Source: the human T2T-CHM13v2.0 reference genome, Homo sapiens
DNA: 64,000 nt
NCBI RefSeq assembly: GCF_009914755.1
Contig: NC_060938.1
Strand: one strand, 5' to 3'
Shown: in pieces, positions 30,673-46,640 of the stretch
How the letters are laid out: each line of letters begins with the position of its first letter
Numbering within the stretch: the first letter of the stretch is position 1
Program-made: the position numbers and the translations under genes
Notes under the pieces: model-generated
Databases searched by the model: none
What the model was told of the DNA's origin: nothing
Seen by the model: the letters and a program-made list of their open reading frames with translations, nothing else

Positions 30673-31379
30673 AAAAATCAAGCATAAAATTTTATGAAAT
30701 GCCTGTTTTTGAGTTTATGGGGTCCCCTCCCCCATTTTGGTCCCATCCAAAATCTTACAGAAATTACTGCTCTTTTGCATTAAAATTTTAAATTATTCAA
30801 ATAATTGGCATATATATAAAAACATGGAGACAAAAGTGAAATACTAACACTTTCCCCACTTATTCCCATTTCTAGTAATAACTGCAGCCAGCTATGCGAA
30901 GACTAGCAGACCTTTTTCTAAAATGCATTTCATGCAGTCCTTTGGGTTTTACTTTTTTACTGAAGTAACACATGAATAAATTCTCAGTCTTCAAATGTAC
31001 AAACAACACAAAATTATGTGGACTAAACTTCCCTGTCACTTTTTGGCCATAAATACTACTGCTTTCTCTAGAGGAAACAACCATGAACATGCTGATTTCT
31101 CTCTTTTAGATCTTGTTTTAAGAATTAAAGCTACTCTAATAACTAACAAGAAAGGTGTTTTTAATTATTTTCTTTTTAATTAGCATTATGAAAATTTAAA
31201 AGAAAAAAGATTTAAAATTCTTTTAAAATTTAAAAGAAAAAACAAAAACAGATTACCTTTCAGAACCTCACATTGTCTGATCATAACAGAAAGCAAGTGT
31301 TTAAGGGAGTCTGGGAAATGTAACTTGCAGGCTCACAGCCATAGCAGTTCAGACTGCAAAAGGACCAGTACAAAAGCAC

Positions 31380-31597
31380 AATTAATACCTTTGGCTACTT
31401 GCATTCATATCTATACTTCTATCCAATTTAAACATATATTGGAGATATATACACAGACACACACACACACACATATATGTAAACATAATGCAATATATAT
31501 ATATATCCATTCCCATTTTTAACCTTTATACATAATACAATAACAATCAAAAGGTCATGATTCCACCTAACAGGTTACAAGATATCCTCAGGAAAAA

Positions 31598-31659
<62 letters not shown>

Positions 31660-31970
31660 CTGCAGTAGTCTGCAGTTGCTGAATATATATTTATATATAC
31701 ATATAATATTATCAATCTTGGTAATGTCAGTATCTCTTATAGTTCAGTCATCATTTTACTAAGATATTCGTTAACACAAATAATGGCTAGGTTGAGAAGT
31801 CAAAATTAACTGTCACCCTGACTGTTTGCATAAAATAAAAGAAAAATGGTTATGTCATATATAACAATAAAGAAAACAATTATGCAGAGCTGTCAAAATC
31901 CTTACTTCTGTAACTGGTCATAAGGCCTCCTCAGTAATTATACATAATTTTCTTCCTCCAACACTGGTCC
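31380..31970 (-). mobile_element. Possible ERVL/MaLR internal-region relic
   Basis: cttacttctgtaactggtcat and gtcagtatctcttatagttcagtcat resemble antisense ERVL internal 3' sequence. Confidence 0.35.
31593..31657. repeat. A14 followed by (TA)~25 microsatellite
   Basis: Read directly. Confidence 0.98.
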
Positions 31971-32129
31971 TGCTTTTTTGGATTGTTTAGTCTACCATGC
32001 TGAAGATGACAGTGAAGAGCTGTCCAAAGGAATCTCATGAATTCCCCATATCCCCTTGCGACCAGTTTTTCCTGTATGGTGTCTATTAATCACGCTAGTC
32101 AGTATAGTATTCCCTTTTTTGCCTATTAG

Positions 32130-32569
32130 TTTCAGTGTCAAAAGAATCTCAGATGCCCTCCTTAAAACTGGACTGGCATTGTGTCTCTTTTTAATAACTA
32201 TAATGCAGCAGCACTGGCCTTGTGTTAATTTCACAGCCTAGGCCTTAAGAAGCCTTGTGACTTATGCTTTCCCTCTGTTGGAATACTAAAACCATCATGC
32301 TAACCCCATTTAGGAAAGAGAAACATGGAAATACCTCATTTCCCCAAATGGCATTCACCATCAACTGCCAGACAAGTCAGTGAGGCCAACTTGGGCCCCC
32401 TAGCTTTTAGTCAATCATCAAATGATTGTAGTTGCATAAGTGATCACTGTCAAGACCAGCAGAACTCCCCAGAATCCCATCCCACTGAGCTATGAAAAAT
32501 AATAAATCATAGTAGTTTTGATTACTAATTTGGGGATTATTTATTGTGTACCAAAAGATGACAGATACA
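32130..32569 (+). mobile_element. MLT1F/G-like MaLR solo LTR
   Basis: cagcctaggccttaagaagccttg...catcaactgccagacaagtcagtgaggcc...aataaatcat...tttgggga...agatgacagataca. Confidence 0.75.
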
Positions 32570-33639
32570 CAGCATTTTCAGTCAAGAAAATCTACTATCA
32601 GAAAAGAGAAGAAAGATTGCTTTTGCTGGCAAAAAAAGTCATGGGGATATTTAGCTTTCCAAGATGATCAGATTCACCAGAATCCCCACAAATATTTACA
32701 TTTCTACTCTAAGAGTTCTACTATTTCCCAGGCAAAGTATTAATTTTCATCAAAGATACCTAGCAAGAATCTATACTGCATAAATGTTTCAATTCCCAAA
32801 CTTACAAAATTAACTTTGGTGTCTGATTTTCCAGTCATATTACACCTGTGTCTATAAAGATTAGACTTATAGAGATGAGAAACTATTTTCTGTGCCTTGA
32901 GCTGAAAGGTTAAATCCTTGAGGCTGATATTTTACTTTATAATTTTGCAATTTAAGTCAGAAACAGCCATCCCCATCCCATAATGTTAAAGTTATGATTA
33001 CTTATTTGATGGTAATATTCAACAGATACTTGGTTTCCAAAAGCCTTGCATGTGGTTACATCCAGCTGTCAGAAGTCTACTAACATCTCTAGGTTAGGAC
33101 CCAGAAACCCAAACCAGCTGTGGTACAGCTGTAGCCACTGCCACTGTAAGTGTTAGAACAGCCAAAGGGCCGAGGGCCATAATCACTGATGGTCACACAT
33201 CCTTACCATTACTGTGTGACAGTACTATAGCAAAGAGAAGAAGTAAAATGTTTTCCTTTTCCTCAAACTCTCTTCACCCCAAAGTCCTTCCCATTGATAT
33301 TAGATAATAAGAAATCATTTGGCAATGGAATCTGAGAAATATAGTTTATTGCCTTCTAGTCTTACAGATATATAAACAGAATACAGATGCAGTAGCCTGA
33401 GAGGTGACAAATAACCAGAAGACAGATATTTTCCACCAAAGAGATTGCTTTGAGTTTCATTAAAATGATTCTTCTATTAATTGTCAATGGCATCCTAGGT
33501 AAAGCTAATTTTGGGGGAATTAGATTTTAATTAAGGTATTAAATGAGGAATTAGACTAAAATGATTTCCAGTTTCCCTTTATCCTCTAAAAATGGCTGCT
33601 GATAAATAATGATGTATCAGTTTAGCTTTCTGACTGTAG

Positions 33640-33975
33640 GTAGCACTATCAATAGAAGGGGAATGTAAGCCAAAAATGTCACCCACATTTGTGATTTAAA
33701 GTTTTCTAGTAGCCACATTAAAAATGGTAAAAACAAACAACTGAAAATATTTTTTATAATATATTTTACTTAATATATTCAAATTATTATCATTTTAACA
33801 TGTTATCAGTACAAACACAATTTATCATATAGTTAATATACTTTTGTCATACTAAGACTTTACAGTGTGGATGTATTTTGGACTTACAGAGAACACCAGT
33901 TGAACTAGCCACAATTCAAATGATCAAGAGCTACATGTTGATGGTGGCTATCATATTGACTAGTGGAAATCATAG
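33640..33975. mobile_element. MER33 (hAT-Charlie) DNA transposon relic
   Basis: tttaaagttttctagtagccacattaaaaa...actagccacaattcaaatgatcaagagctacatg...gtggctatcatattg. Confidence 0.8.
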
Positions 33976-34230
33976 CACAGATATGAATAATCTTTTCTTT
34001 TGTAGACCAATGCAGTATGATACTTTTTTTACTCTTTTTCAAATAGTATATTTTATTGCCGATGACTACAAAGTATTTATTATTTGTTAAAAAATCGAAA
34101 AGCTCTAAAGTTATAATAATAGTAATGAAGTAACTTACAGAGTAATGCAAGCACCCAACTTTAAATTTATTGTACTAGAAAGCAGAATTGTAAATAACTA
34201 CTTGTTAAAAGTGTAATACAGAGTTTTTTA

Positions 34231-34598
<368 letters not shown>

Positions 34599-35099
34599 TA
34601 GCACATAGAGCAAAATGAAGTACAAACTTTGAAATCATAGTTTTGAATCTTTATTTCAACATTTTTTCTGTTAACTTTAGGAAGTTATGTTTTCTTCCCT
34701 CAGATTCCTCACCTGTGGAAATGAAAGTGCCATTTTATCAGGATTATGAGAATTGTCTGAGATACTGAACACAGATCATGACATTATCTTGGACAGGAGT
34801 TCGTAATATAACCTTTGTGAAAGTGCTGAACTTTAAATTAGTAATTGACAGCAATATATACAGTGAAAGGGTAAAAACTCATTTTGACATACTTAGTAAG
34901 AATAGATTAGATAAAATAGTATGACATGTAAATATATGGCGTAATATAAAAAAATTATTGCCATGAGCCATGATATATATATATATGTTTGTGTGTGTGT
35001 GTGTGTAAGTGGCTGCTAATGACAAAATTTGCACACACACACACACACACACATCCTCAATAGCCACATGTGTTAAGTGACTACTGTTTTGGACAGTGC

Positions 35100-35340
35100 A
35101 AGTATAGATTCCAAGTTTGACGTGGAATCCTAATTTTGTTCACTTTTCTTGCTCTGCGTCCTTGGACACATTATTTAGCACATGTGCTAAATAAATGAGT
35201 ATGCTCAGTGGGAAGAAGAAGAGGAGGAAGAAGGAAGAAGATGGGGAGGAAACTTCCATAATTTATCGTGAGGGCTAAATGAATTATGATATTTAAGGAG
35301 CTTAGAACAGCCCCTAGCATATGTTAAACACTATGTAAGA
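35100..35340 (+). mobile_element. MIR relic interrupted by a palindrome and a GAA/GGA tract
   Basis: ttgctctgcgtccttggacacattattta ... tcgtgagggctaaatga...taaggagcttagaacag. Confidence 0.55.
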
Positions 35341-35410
35341 TTTTTCATTAATTGCAACATAGTTTTCTGCAAAGAGGTGATACATACCTGTGTTTAAGAG
35401 GATCAGTTTA

Positions 35411-36447
35411 AGGGAGCCAAGATGGCCGAATAGGAACAGCTCCGGTCTACAGCTCCCAGCGTGAGTGACACAGAAGATGGGTGATTTCTGCATTTCCCTC
35501 TGAGGTACCAGGTTCATCTCACTAGGGAGTGCCAGACAGTGGGCGCAGGACAGTGGGTGCCGCGCACTGTGCATGAGCCCAAGCAGGGCGAGGCATTGCC
35601 TCACTCAGGAAGTGCAAGGGGTCAGGGAGTTCCCTTTCCTGGTCAAGGAAAGGGGTGACAGACGGCACCTGGAAAATCTGGTCACTCCCAACCTAACACT
35701 GCACTTTTCCGACGGGCTTAGGAAACGGCGCACCAGGAGACTATATCCCGCACCTGGCTCGGAGGGTCCTACGCCCACGGAGTCTCGCTGATTGCTAGCA
35801 GGGCAGTCTGAGATCAAACTGCAAGGCGGCAGCCAGGCTGGGGGAGGGGCGCCTGCCATTGCCAAGCTGTGAGTAGGTAAACAAAGCTGCCCGGAAGGGA
35901 AGCTCAAACTGGGTAGAGCCCACCACAGCTCAAGGAGGCCTGCCTGCCTCTGTAGGCTCCACCTCTGGGGGCAGGGCACAGACAAACAAAAAGACAGCAG
36001 TAACCTCTGCAGACTTAAATGTCCCTCTCTGACAGCTTTGAAGAGAGCAGTGGTTCTCCCAGCACACAGCTGGAGATCTGAGAACGGGCAGACTGCCTCC
36101 TCAAGTGGGTCCCTGACCCCTGACCCCCGAGCAGCCTAACTGGGAGGCACCCCCCAGTAGGGGCAGACTGACACCTTACATGGCCGGGTACTCCTCTGAG
36201 ACAAAACTTCCAGAGGAACGATCAGACAGCAGCATTCGCGGTTCACGAAAATCCGTGGTTCTGCAGACACCACTGCTGATACCCAGGCAAACTGGGTCTG
36301 GAGTGGACCTCTAGCAAACTCCAACAGACCTGCAGCTGAGGGTCCTGTCTGTTAGTTTTCCTTCTAACAAACAGAAAGGACATCCACACCAAAAACCCAT
36401 CTGTACATCACCATCATCAAAGACCAAAAGTAGATAAAACCACAATC
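35411..36447 (+). promoter_or_regulatory. L1 5'UTR internal sense/antisense promoter; YY1 site intact; ~128-bp ZNF93-target segment retained
   Basis: aagatggcc at 35419-35427; residual CpGs; the segment ~36195-36322 between two ACTCC copies is absent from younger L1s. Confidence 0.8.
35605..35859 (-). CDS. ORF0: L1 antisense ORF0, open, 84 aa
   Basis: ATG at 35859 gives MAGAPPPAWLPPCSLISDCPASNQRDSVGVGPSEPGAGYSLLVRRFLSPSEK..., matching ORF0p. Expression is unknown. Confidence 0.7.
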   Translation of the reverse strand: MAGAPPPAWLPPCSLISDCPASNQRDSVGVGPSEPGAGYSLLVRRFLSPSEKCSVRLGVTRFSRCRLSPLSLTRKGNSLTPCTS

Positions 36448-37464
36448 ATGGGGAAGAAACAGAGCAGAAAAACTGGAAACTCTAAAAAGCAGAGCGCCAA
36501 TCCTCCTCCAAAGGAACGCAGTTCCTCACCAGCAATGGAACAAAGATAGATGGAGAATGACTTTGACGAGTTAAGAGAAGAAGGCTTCAGATGATCAAAC
36601 TACTCCGAGCTACAGGAGGAAATTCAAACCAAAGGCGAAGAAGTTAAAAACTTTGAAAAAAATTTAGACGAATGTATAACTAGAATAACCAATACAAAGA
36701 AGTGCTTAAAGGAGCTGTTGGAGCTGAAAGCCAAGGCTCGAGAACTATGTGAAAAATGCAGAAGCCTCAGGAGCCGATGCAATCAACTGGAAGAAAGGGT
36801 ATCAGTGATGGAAGATGAAATGAATGAAATGAAGCGAGAAGGGAAGTTTAGAGAAAAAAGAATAAAAAGAAACTAACAAAGCCTCCAAGAAATATGGGAC
36901 TATGTGAAAAGACCAAATCTGCATCTGATTGGTGTACCTGAAAGTGACGGGGAGAATGGAACCAAGTTGGAAAACACTCTGCAGGATATTATCCAGGAGA
37001 ACTTCCCCAATCTAGCAAGGCAGGCCAACATTCAGATTCAGGAAATACAGAGAATACCACAAAGATACTCCTCAAGAAGAGCAACTCCAAGACACATAAT
37101 TGTCAGATTCACCAAAGTTGAAATGAAGGAAAAAATGTTAAGGGCAGCCAGAGAGAAAGGTCAGGTTCCCCACAAAGGGAAGCCCATCAGACTAACAGTG
37201 GATCTCTCGGCAGAAACTCTACAAGCCAGAAGAGAGTGGGGGCCAATATTCAACATTCTTAAAGAAAAGAATTTTCAACCCAGAATTTCATATCCAGCCA
37301 AACTAAGCTTCATAAGTGAAGGAGAAATAAAATACTTTACAGACAAGCAAATGCTGAGAGATTTTGTCACCACCAGGCCTGCCCTAAAAGAGCTCCTGAA
37401 GGAAGCACTAGACATGGAAAGGAACAACCGGTACCAGCTGCTGCAAAATCATGCCAAAATGTAA
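36448..37464 (+). pseudogene. L1 ORF1p, disrupted by nonsense codons
   Basis: ATG GGG AAG AAA CAG at 36448; in-frame TAG (~36547), TGA (~36592) and TAA (~36874). The C-terminal half is open (36904..37464). Confidence 0.93.
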
Positions 37465-37527
37465 AGACCATCGAGGCTAGGAAGAAACTGCATCAACTAA
37501 CGAGCAAAATAACCAGCTAACATCATA

Positions 37528-41385
<3,858 letters not shown>

Positions 41386-41772
41386 ACAATGAGAACACAT
41401 GGACACAGGAAGGGGAACATCACACTCTGGGGACTGTTGTGGGGTGGGGGAAGGGGGGAGGGATAGCTTTAGGAGATATACCTAATGCTAAATGACGAAT
41501 TAATGGGTGCAGCACACCAGCATGGCACATGTATACATATGTAACTAACCTGCACATTGTGCACACGTACACTAAAACTTAAAGTATAATAAAAAATAAT
41601 CTTTTAGATGTCTAGTTGTAAATAAAAACTCATAGTAAATTAAAAAGAGGCTGTTTACCTTTATTTTAAGCAAACTTTAAATGTAAAATTCACTTTATAT
41701 CTTATAAGGAAATACAAAAGGGTCTCTGAATTATGACTTGTCACTAATCTCTTTATAAATTTCATGAAGCTC

Positions 41773-41826
41773 CACTCCAGCCTGGGTGACAGAGGGAGAC
41801 TCCATCTCAAAAAAAAAAAAAAAAAA
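41773..41826 (+). mobile_element. Extremely 5'-truncated Alu (36 bp plus A18) with 12-bp TSD
   Basis: cactccagcctgggtgacagagggagactccatctc(A)18 flanked by ttcatgaagctc at 41761-41772 and 41829-41840. Confidence 0.93.
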
Positions 41827-41884
41827 GATTCATGAAGCTCAACTGATAAGAACCAATAACCACTACATATTGAAATTCTTTTAG

Positions 41885-42458
41885 ACTATATTCCCTGGGA
41901 AACAGAGTCTGTGAAAAACATACATGCTGAGGTAGAGAACAGAAAGCAAATACAAGGTGCTGAATTCCTAAGCTGGCCAGAGTATCACAAGAAAATGCAG
42001 TTGCATCCTCAAACATATGGCTTCTTCCCATCAGTTTATATGTAACTGTTGTTTTTTGGAACAGTCCCTGACAGAGAAGGAAGGAAAGCATATCTGTCAG
42101 TTCCTTCCTATCTTCATAGTTTACTCTGAGAGGCAGTAGTCTTATCCCTCAAAGACATTTGCAGTTGGTATTATCTGGTATCTTTGGACACATACTGCAG
42201 TATCCCATTTTTTATTCCCCATGTTGGGGCAATTCATCAGGGGTCAGAAGTGGTTAAAAAATAATAAGCCAGTGAGTCCAGTGTGGTTAGACTTCCTGCT
42301 GATGCCCGTCTCTCACTCGGAAAGGGCTGAGTGCCAGCAGTGAGAGGAGATAAGACAATAAGGACAGTGGCCCCATGTCTCCAGTGAAGAAGCTGCTAGG
42401 GCTGAGGAAGAAAACAGATTGAGCAGATCTGGAATGGTTTATGAACTGAATCTGACAC
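41885..42458 (-). mobile_element. Possible ERVL-class LTR relic
   Basis: Begins ttccctgggaaacagagtctg and ends atgaactgaatctgacaca, resembling old ERVL LTR termini; family uncertain. Confidence 0.35.
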
Positions 42459-43119
42459 ATAAGTTAATTTAAATAATTACAGATGTAGCAATTTAGACAT
42501 CTTTATCTAATCCTAGATCCCTATTCCAATTTTCAAAAGTAAATGCTACATGGAAGCAAATAGTTTCAGAGAGAGTAAACTCAGGGAACCAGAATCTAGT
42601 GGTAGCACTTCATGATTCAGTGTTTGTTTTTCTCCTGCTAAGAGGAAATTCAACCAATCACTAAGTGAACAAATGCATAATATACCTCAAACATCTTGCC
42701 CACTTACTATGTGTAAGATATGATATTGGACTCTGGCAAAATCAAAGATAAATAACATCAAATGGAACTCAATAAGCTTACAGCCTTTTGAAAATGAAAG
42801 ACATCTAATCAACCTAGTTCCAAACAATATTAGAAGCCAAAAAACAAAAATATTCTACTTAGTCGTGCCAAAATGAAGGGTTTATCTAGTTCTCAAAGAA
42901 GGGAAGATGCCTAATATTTCTCAAAAAGGATAATTACAAATGTTCTATGTTGAAAAGTATGACAGGAATAACACAATATTACAAGATTCATCTGGGTTCT
43001 AGACTTGGTTTTATTATATTTTAGTTCTAGGGCTTCAGGGAGTGAGTTACTCTCTCGAAGATTTGTTGCCTTTATCTGTAAAATAAAGAGATCGGAGCAG
43101 ACTATATCTAAAGTCAATA

Positions 43120-45437
43120 TAACCATATATGACCAACCCACACCTAGTACATTGAACAGAAAAAAATGGAAAGCCTTTTCTCTAAGATCTGAAATAAGAC
43201 AAGGATGCTGCTCATTTTCACCATCTTTATTCAACATAGTTCTATAAGTTCTAGCCAGAACAACTAAACAAGAGAAGGAAATAAAGGACACCAAAATGGG
43301 AAAGGAAGAAATCAAATTTTCCTTGTTTGCAAATGATATGATCTTAAATGTGGGAAAACCTAAAGACTCCACCAAAAACTATTAGAACTGACAAATTCTG
43401 TAAAGTTTTAGGATACAAAATAAAAGTTTTAGGATACAAAATAAACATACAAAAATCAGTAGCATTTATATATTAAAACAGCCAACAGTCTTAAAAAGAA
43501 ACCAAGAATATAATCCCACTTACAACAGCTACAAATAAAATACTTAGAAATAAACTTAATTGAAAAAATGAAAGATCTCTATAATGAACACCATGAAACA
43601 CTGATGAAAGAAATTGAAAAGAGGACACACAAAAAATGGAAAGTTATTCAGTGTTCATGGATTAGATGAATCAATATTGTTAAAATTCCCATACTATCCA
43701 AAGCAATCTACTGATTCAATAGAACTCCTATCAAAATACCAATGATATTTTTCACAGAAATAGAAAATAATAATGCTAACATTTACATGGAACCACAAAA
43801 GACCCAGAATAACCAAAGCTATCTTGAGCAAAAAGAACAAAACCAAAGGAATCACATTACCTGACTTCAAATTATACTATAGAGCAATAGTAACTAAGAC
43901 AGCATGGTATTGGCATAAAAACAGACACACAGACCAATGAGACAGAAAAGAAAACCCAGAAATAAATCCACACATTTACAGTCAACTCATTTTTATCAAA
44001 CGTGCCAAGAACATATATTGGGGAAAGGATGGTCTCTTCAATAAATGGTGCTGAGAAAACTGGAGATCCATATACAGAAGAATGAAATTAGACCCCTATC
44101 TCTCACCATATAAAAAGACATATTAAAATGGATTAAAGACTTAAATCTAAGACTTGAAAATATGAAACTACTATAAGAAAACATTGGGGAAACACCCCAG
44201 GATATTGGTCTGGGCAAAGATTTCTTAAGACTGCTAAAGATTTCTTGAGTAAGATCTAGGCAACCAAAGTTAAAAAGGACAAATGGGATCACTTCAAGCA
44301 AAAAAAGCTTCTGCACAGCAAAGGAAACAATCAACTCAATAAAAAGACAACTCACAGAATGGGAGAAAACATTTGCAAACTACCCATGTGATGACAAGGA
44401 ATTAATAACCAGCATATATAGAGAGCTCAAACAACTCAATAACAATAAAAATAATGCAAATTAAAAATGAGCAAAAGATCTGAATAGACATTTCTCCAAA
44501 GACGATATAAAAATGACCAAGAAGCATATTTAAAAAGTTCAATATCACGAATCATCAGGAAACTGCAAATTGAAACTACATTGTGATATCATCTCACACC
44601 CTTTAAAATGGCTTTTATCAAAAGTCAGGAAATAAAGGAGGCTGGCAAGGATACAGAGAAAAGGGAACCCTTGTACACTGTTGGTAGGAATGTAAATTAG
44701 TGCAGACACTATAAAAAACAGTATGGAAGTTCCTCAAAAAAACTAAAAATAGAACTTCCATATGATCCAGCAATCCCACTGCTGGTATATATTTTAAAAA
44801 TCAATTTATTGAAGAGATATCTGCACTCCCATGTTTATTAAAGCAATATTCACTATAGCCAAAATATGGAATCAACCCAGGTGTCCATCAGTGAATGAAG
44901 GAATAAAGAAAATGTCATGCATATGCACGATGGAATAGTTTAGCCATAAAAAAAAGTAAAAATCCTGTCATTTGCAACAGCATAGTTGGAACTGCAGATT
45001 ATGTTGAGTGAAATAAGCCTGGCACAGAAAGGCAAATATCACATGTTCTCACTTACATGTGGGAGCTAAAAAATATTGGACTAATGGAGATAGAGAGTAG
45101 AATGATGATTACAGAGGCTTGAAAGGGTAGTGGGGAGGGAGAGATGAAAAGAGGTTGGTTAATGGGTACAAAAATACAGTTAGAAGGAAGAGCTAGTGTT
45201 CAGTAGCACAATATGTCTACTATGGTTCACAATAATTTACGGTATATTTCAAGATAGTAAAAGAGTGGAATTGGAATGTTCGTAACACAAAGAAATGATA
45301 AATGTTTGAGGTTAAGGAAAATCTAATTACCCTGGTTTGATCATTGTACATTGTATGCTTGCATTAAAATATCACATGTACCCCATAAATATGTAAAACT
45401 ACTATGTATCCATAACTAAAAATAAAACGTTTTAAAA
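43120..45437 (+). mobile_element. LINE-1, L1MA3/4-like, 5'-truncated
   Basis: Degraded ORF2 (aagccttttctctaagatctgaaataagacaaggatg) through an L1MA 3'UTR (aacacaaagaaatgataaatgtttgagg...cacatgtaccccataaatatgt). Confidence 0.92.
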
Positions 45438-46640
45438 ATATAGTCGATTTATCCCTAAAATTATAAATTTCTTTGTGTTTTAGGAATACCTGTCTATATA
45501 ATCTAAGATTTTGAGTTGCACCTTCTAAACATATCTCACATTTATATTTCCCCCATTGATTTTATTTTTGAAAATATGGTAACTTTTAAAAAGAAAATGT
45601 TTTTCCTCCCTCCTTTTTTAATGTTACAGTTCATCATTTTTTACCATTACCATTACTTGCCATGAATCTTTAATTCTAAGTCAGCTTTTCTGCCTTGAAG
45701 CAAGGCATTTGCTTACCTGGCTTTTGATTAGTGTCTAGATGAGCTCCTAATACTTTTCAAATAAACTGCACTTTACTATATTGCCTTGTTGGTCTTTCTT
45801 ATAAATAACTTTTTACTCTTTTATTTTCTTCATCTTTCAAATTCTATTTTCAGATATTGCACATCTCTTCAGAAAGTAGAATTTTATTTTCCCTTTGAGA
45901 AGTTGCTGCCTTGGTGGTGATTTAGTTGCACATTAGATTAGTGATTGTTATAAATAATATAATATTAAGATAGAGTAGCATCTATATAGTCTGTTATACC
46001 TTGAAGTGGTTTCCTGACCACTTGATTTTTTAAATTGATTCTTGAAGTTAAGAAACCTGGTTTTCAAATAGAGCTACATTTAACACCCATGGTGGGGAGC
46101 CAACATGAAATTGCCACATATGACATTTAATTATAAGATCTTTATATATAACAAGTCTAGCATATGTATGTCCATATTCTAAGCAATACTGAGCATCTGT
46201 GAGCTACAAATAAATTTCTCTTAAAGATCCCAAAGTCACTCTAGGAATGAGGCATTTGACAAGTGAAGTGTGGGAACTTTTTCTCAGGTTATACTTGGTG
46301 AACTATTTCATAAAACTCATTTAGTGATTGGTTGAATTCCTCTTGGCAGGAGAAGAACAAATAGTGAATTATAAAGTGCTAACACTAGACTCTGGTTCCC
46401 TGAGCTTACTCTGTTGGAAGCTATTTTCTTTCATATGGCATTAAGTTTGAAAAAGTTAGGAGTACAGATCTAGTATTTAGGTTAAAATTTCCGGTTCTAT
46501 TTTCCACAAAGTATCCAGGACAAGAACAATAGAATTATATACCTTGTCACATTAGATATCTAGTTGCTGGTGATAAATATTGCCAGATACAACATATTGC
46601 CTAGTATAAAGCAGGTTGTAGCAAACGTTGAAACAATTGT

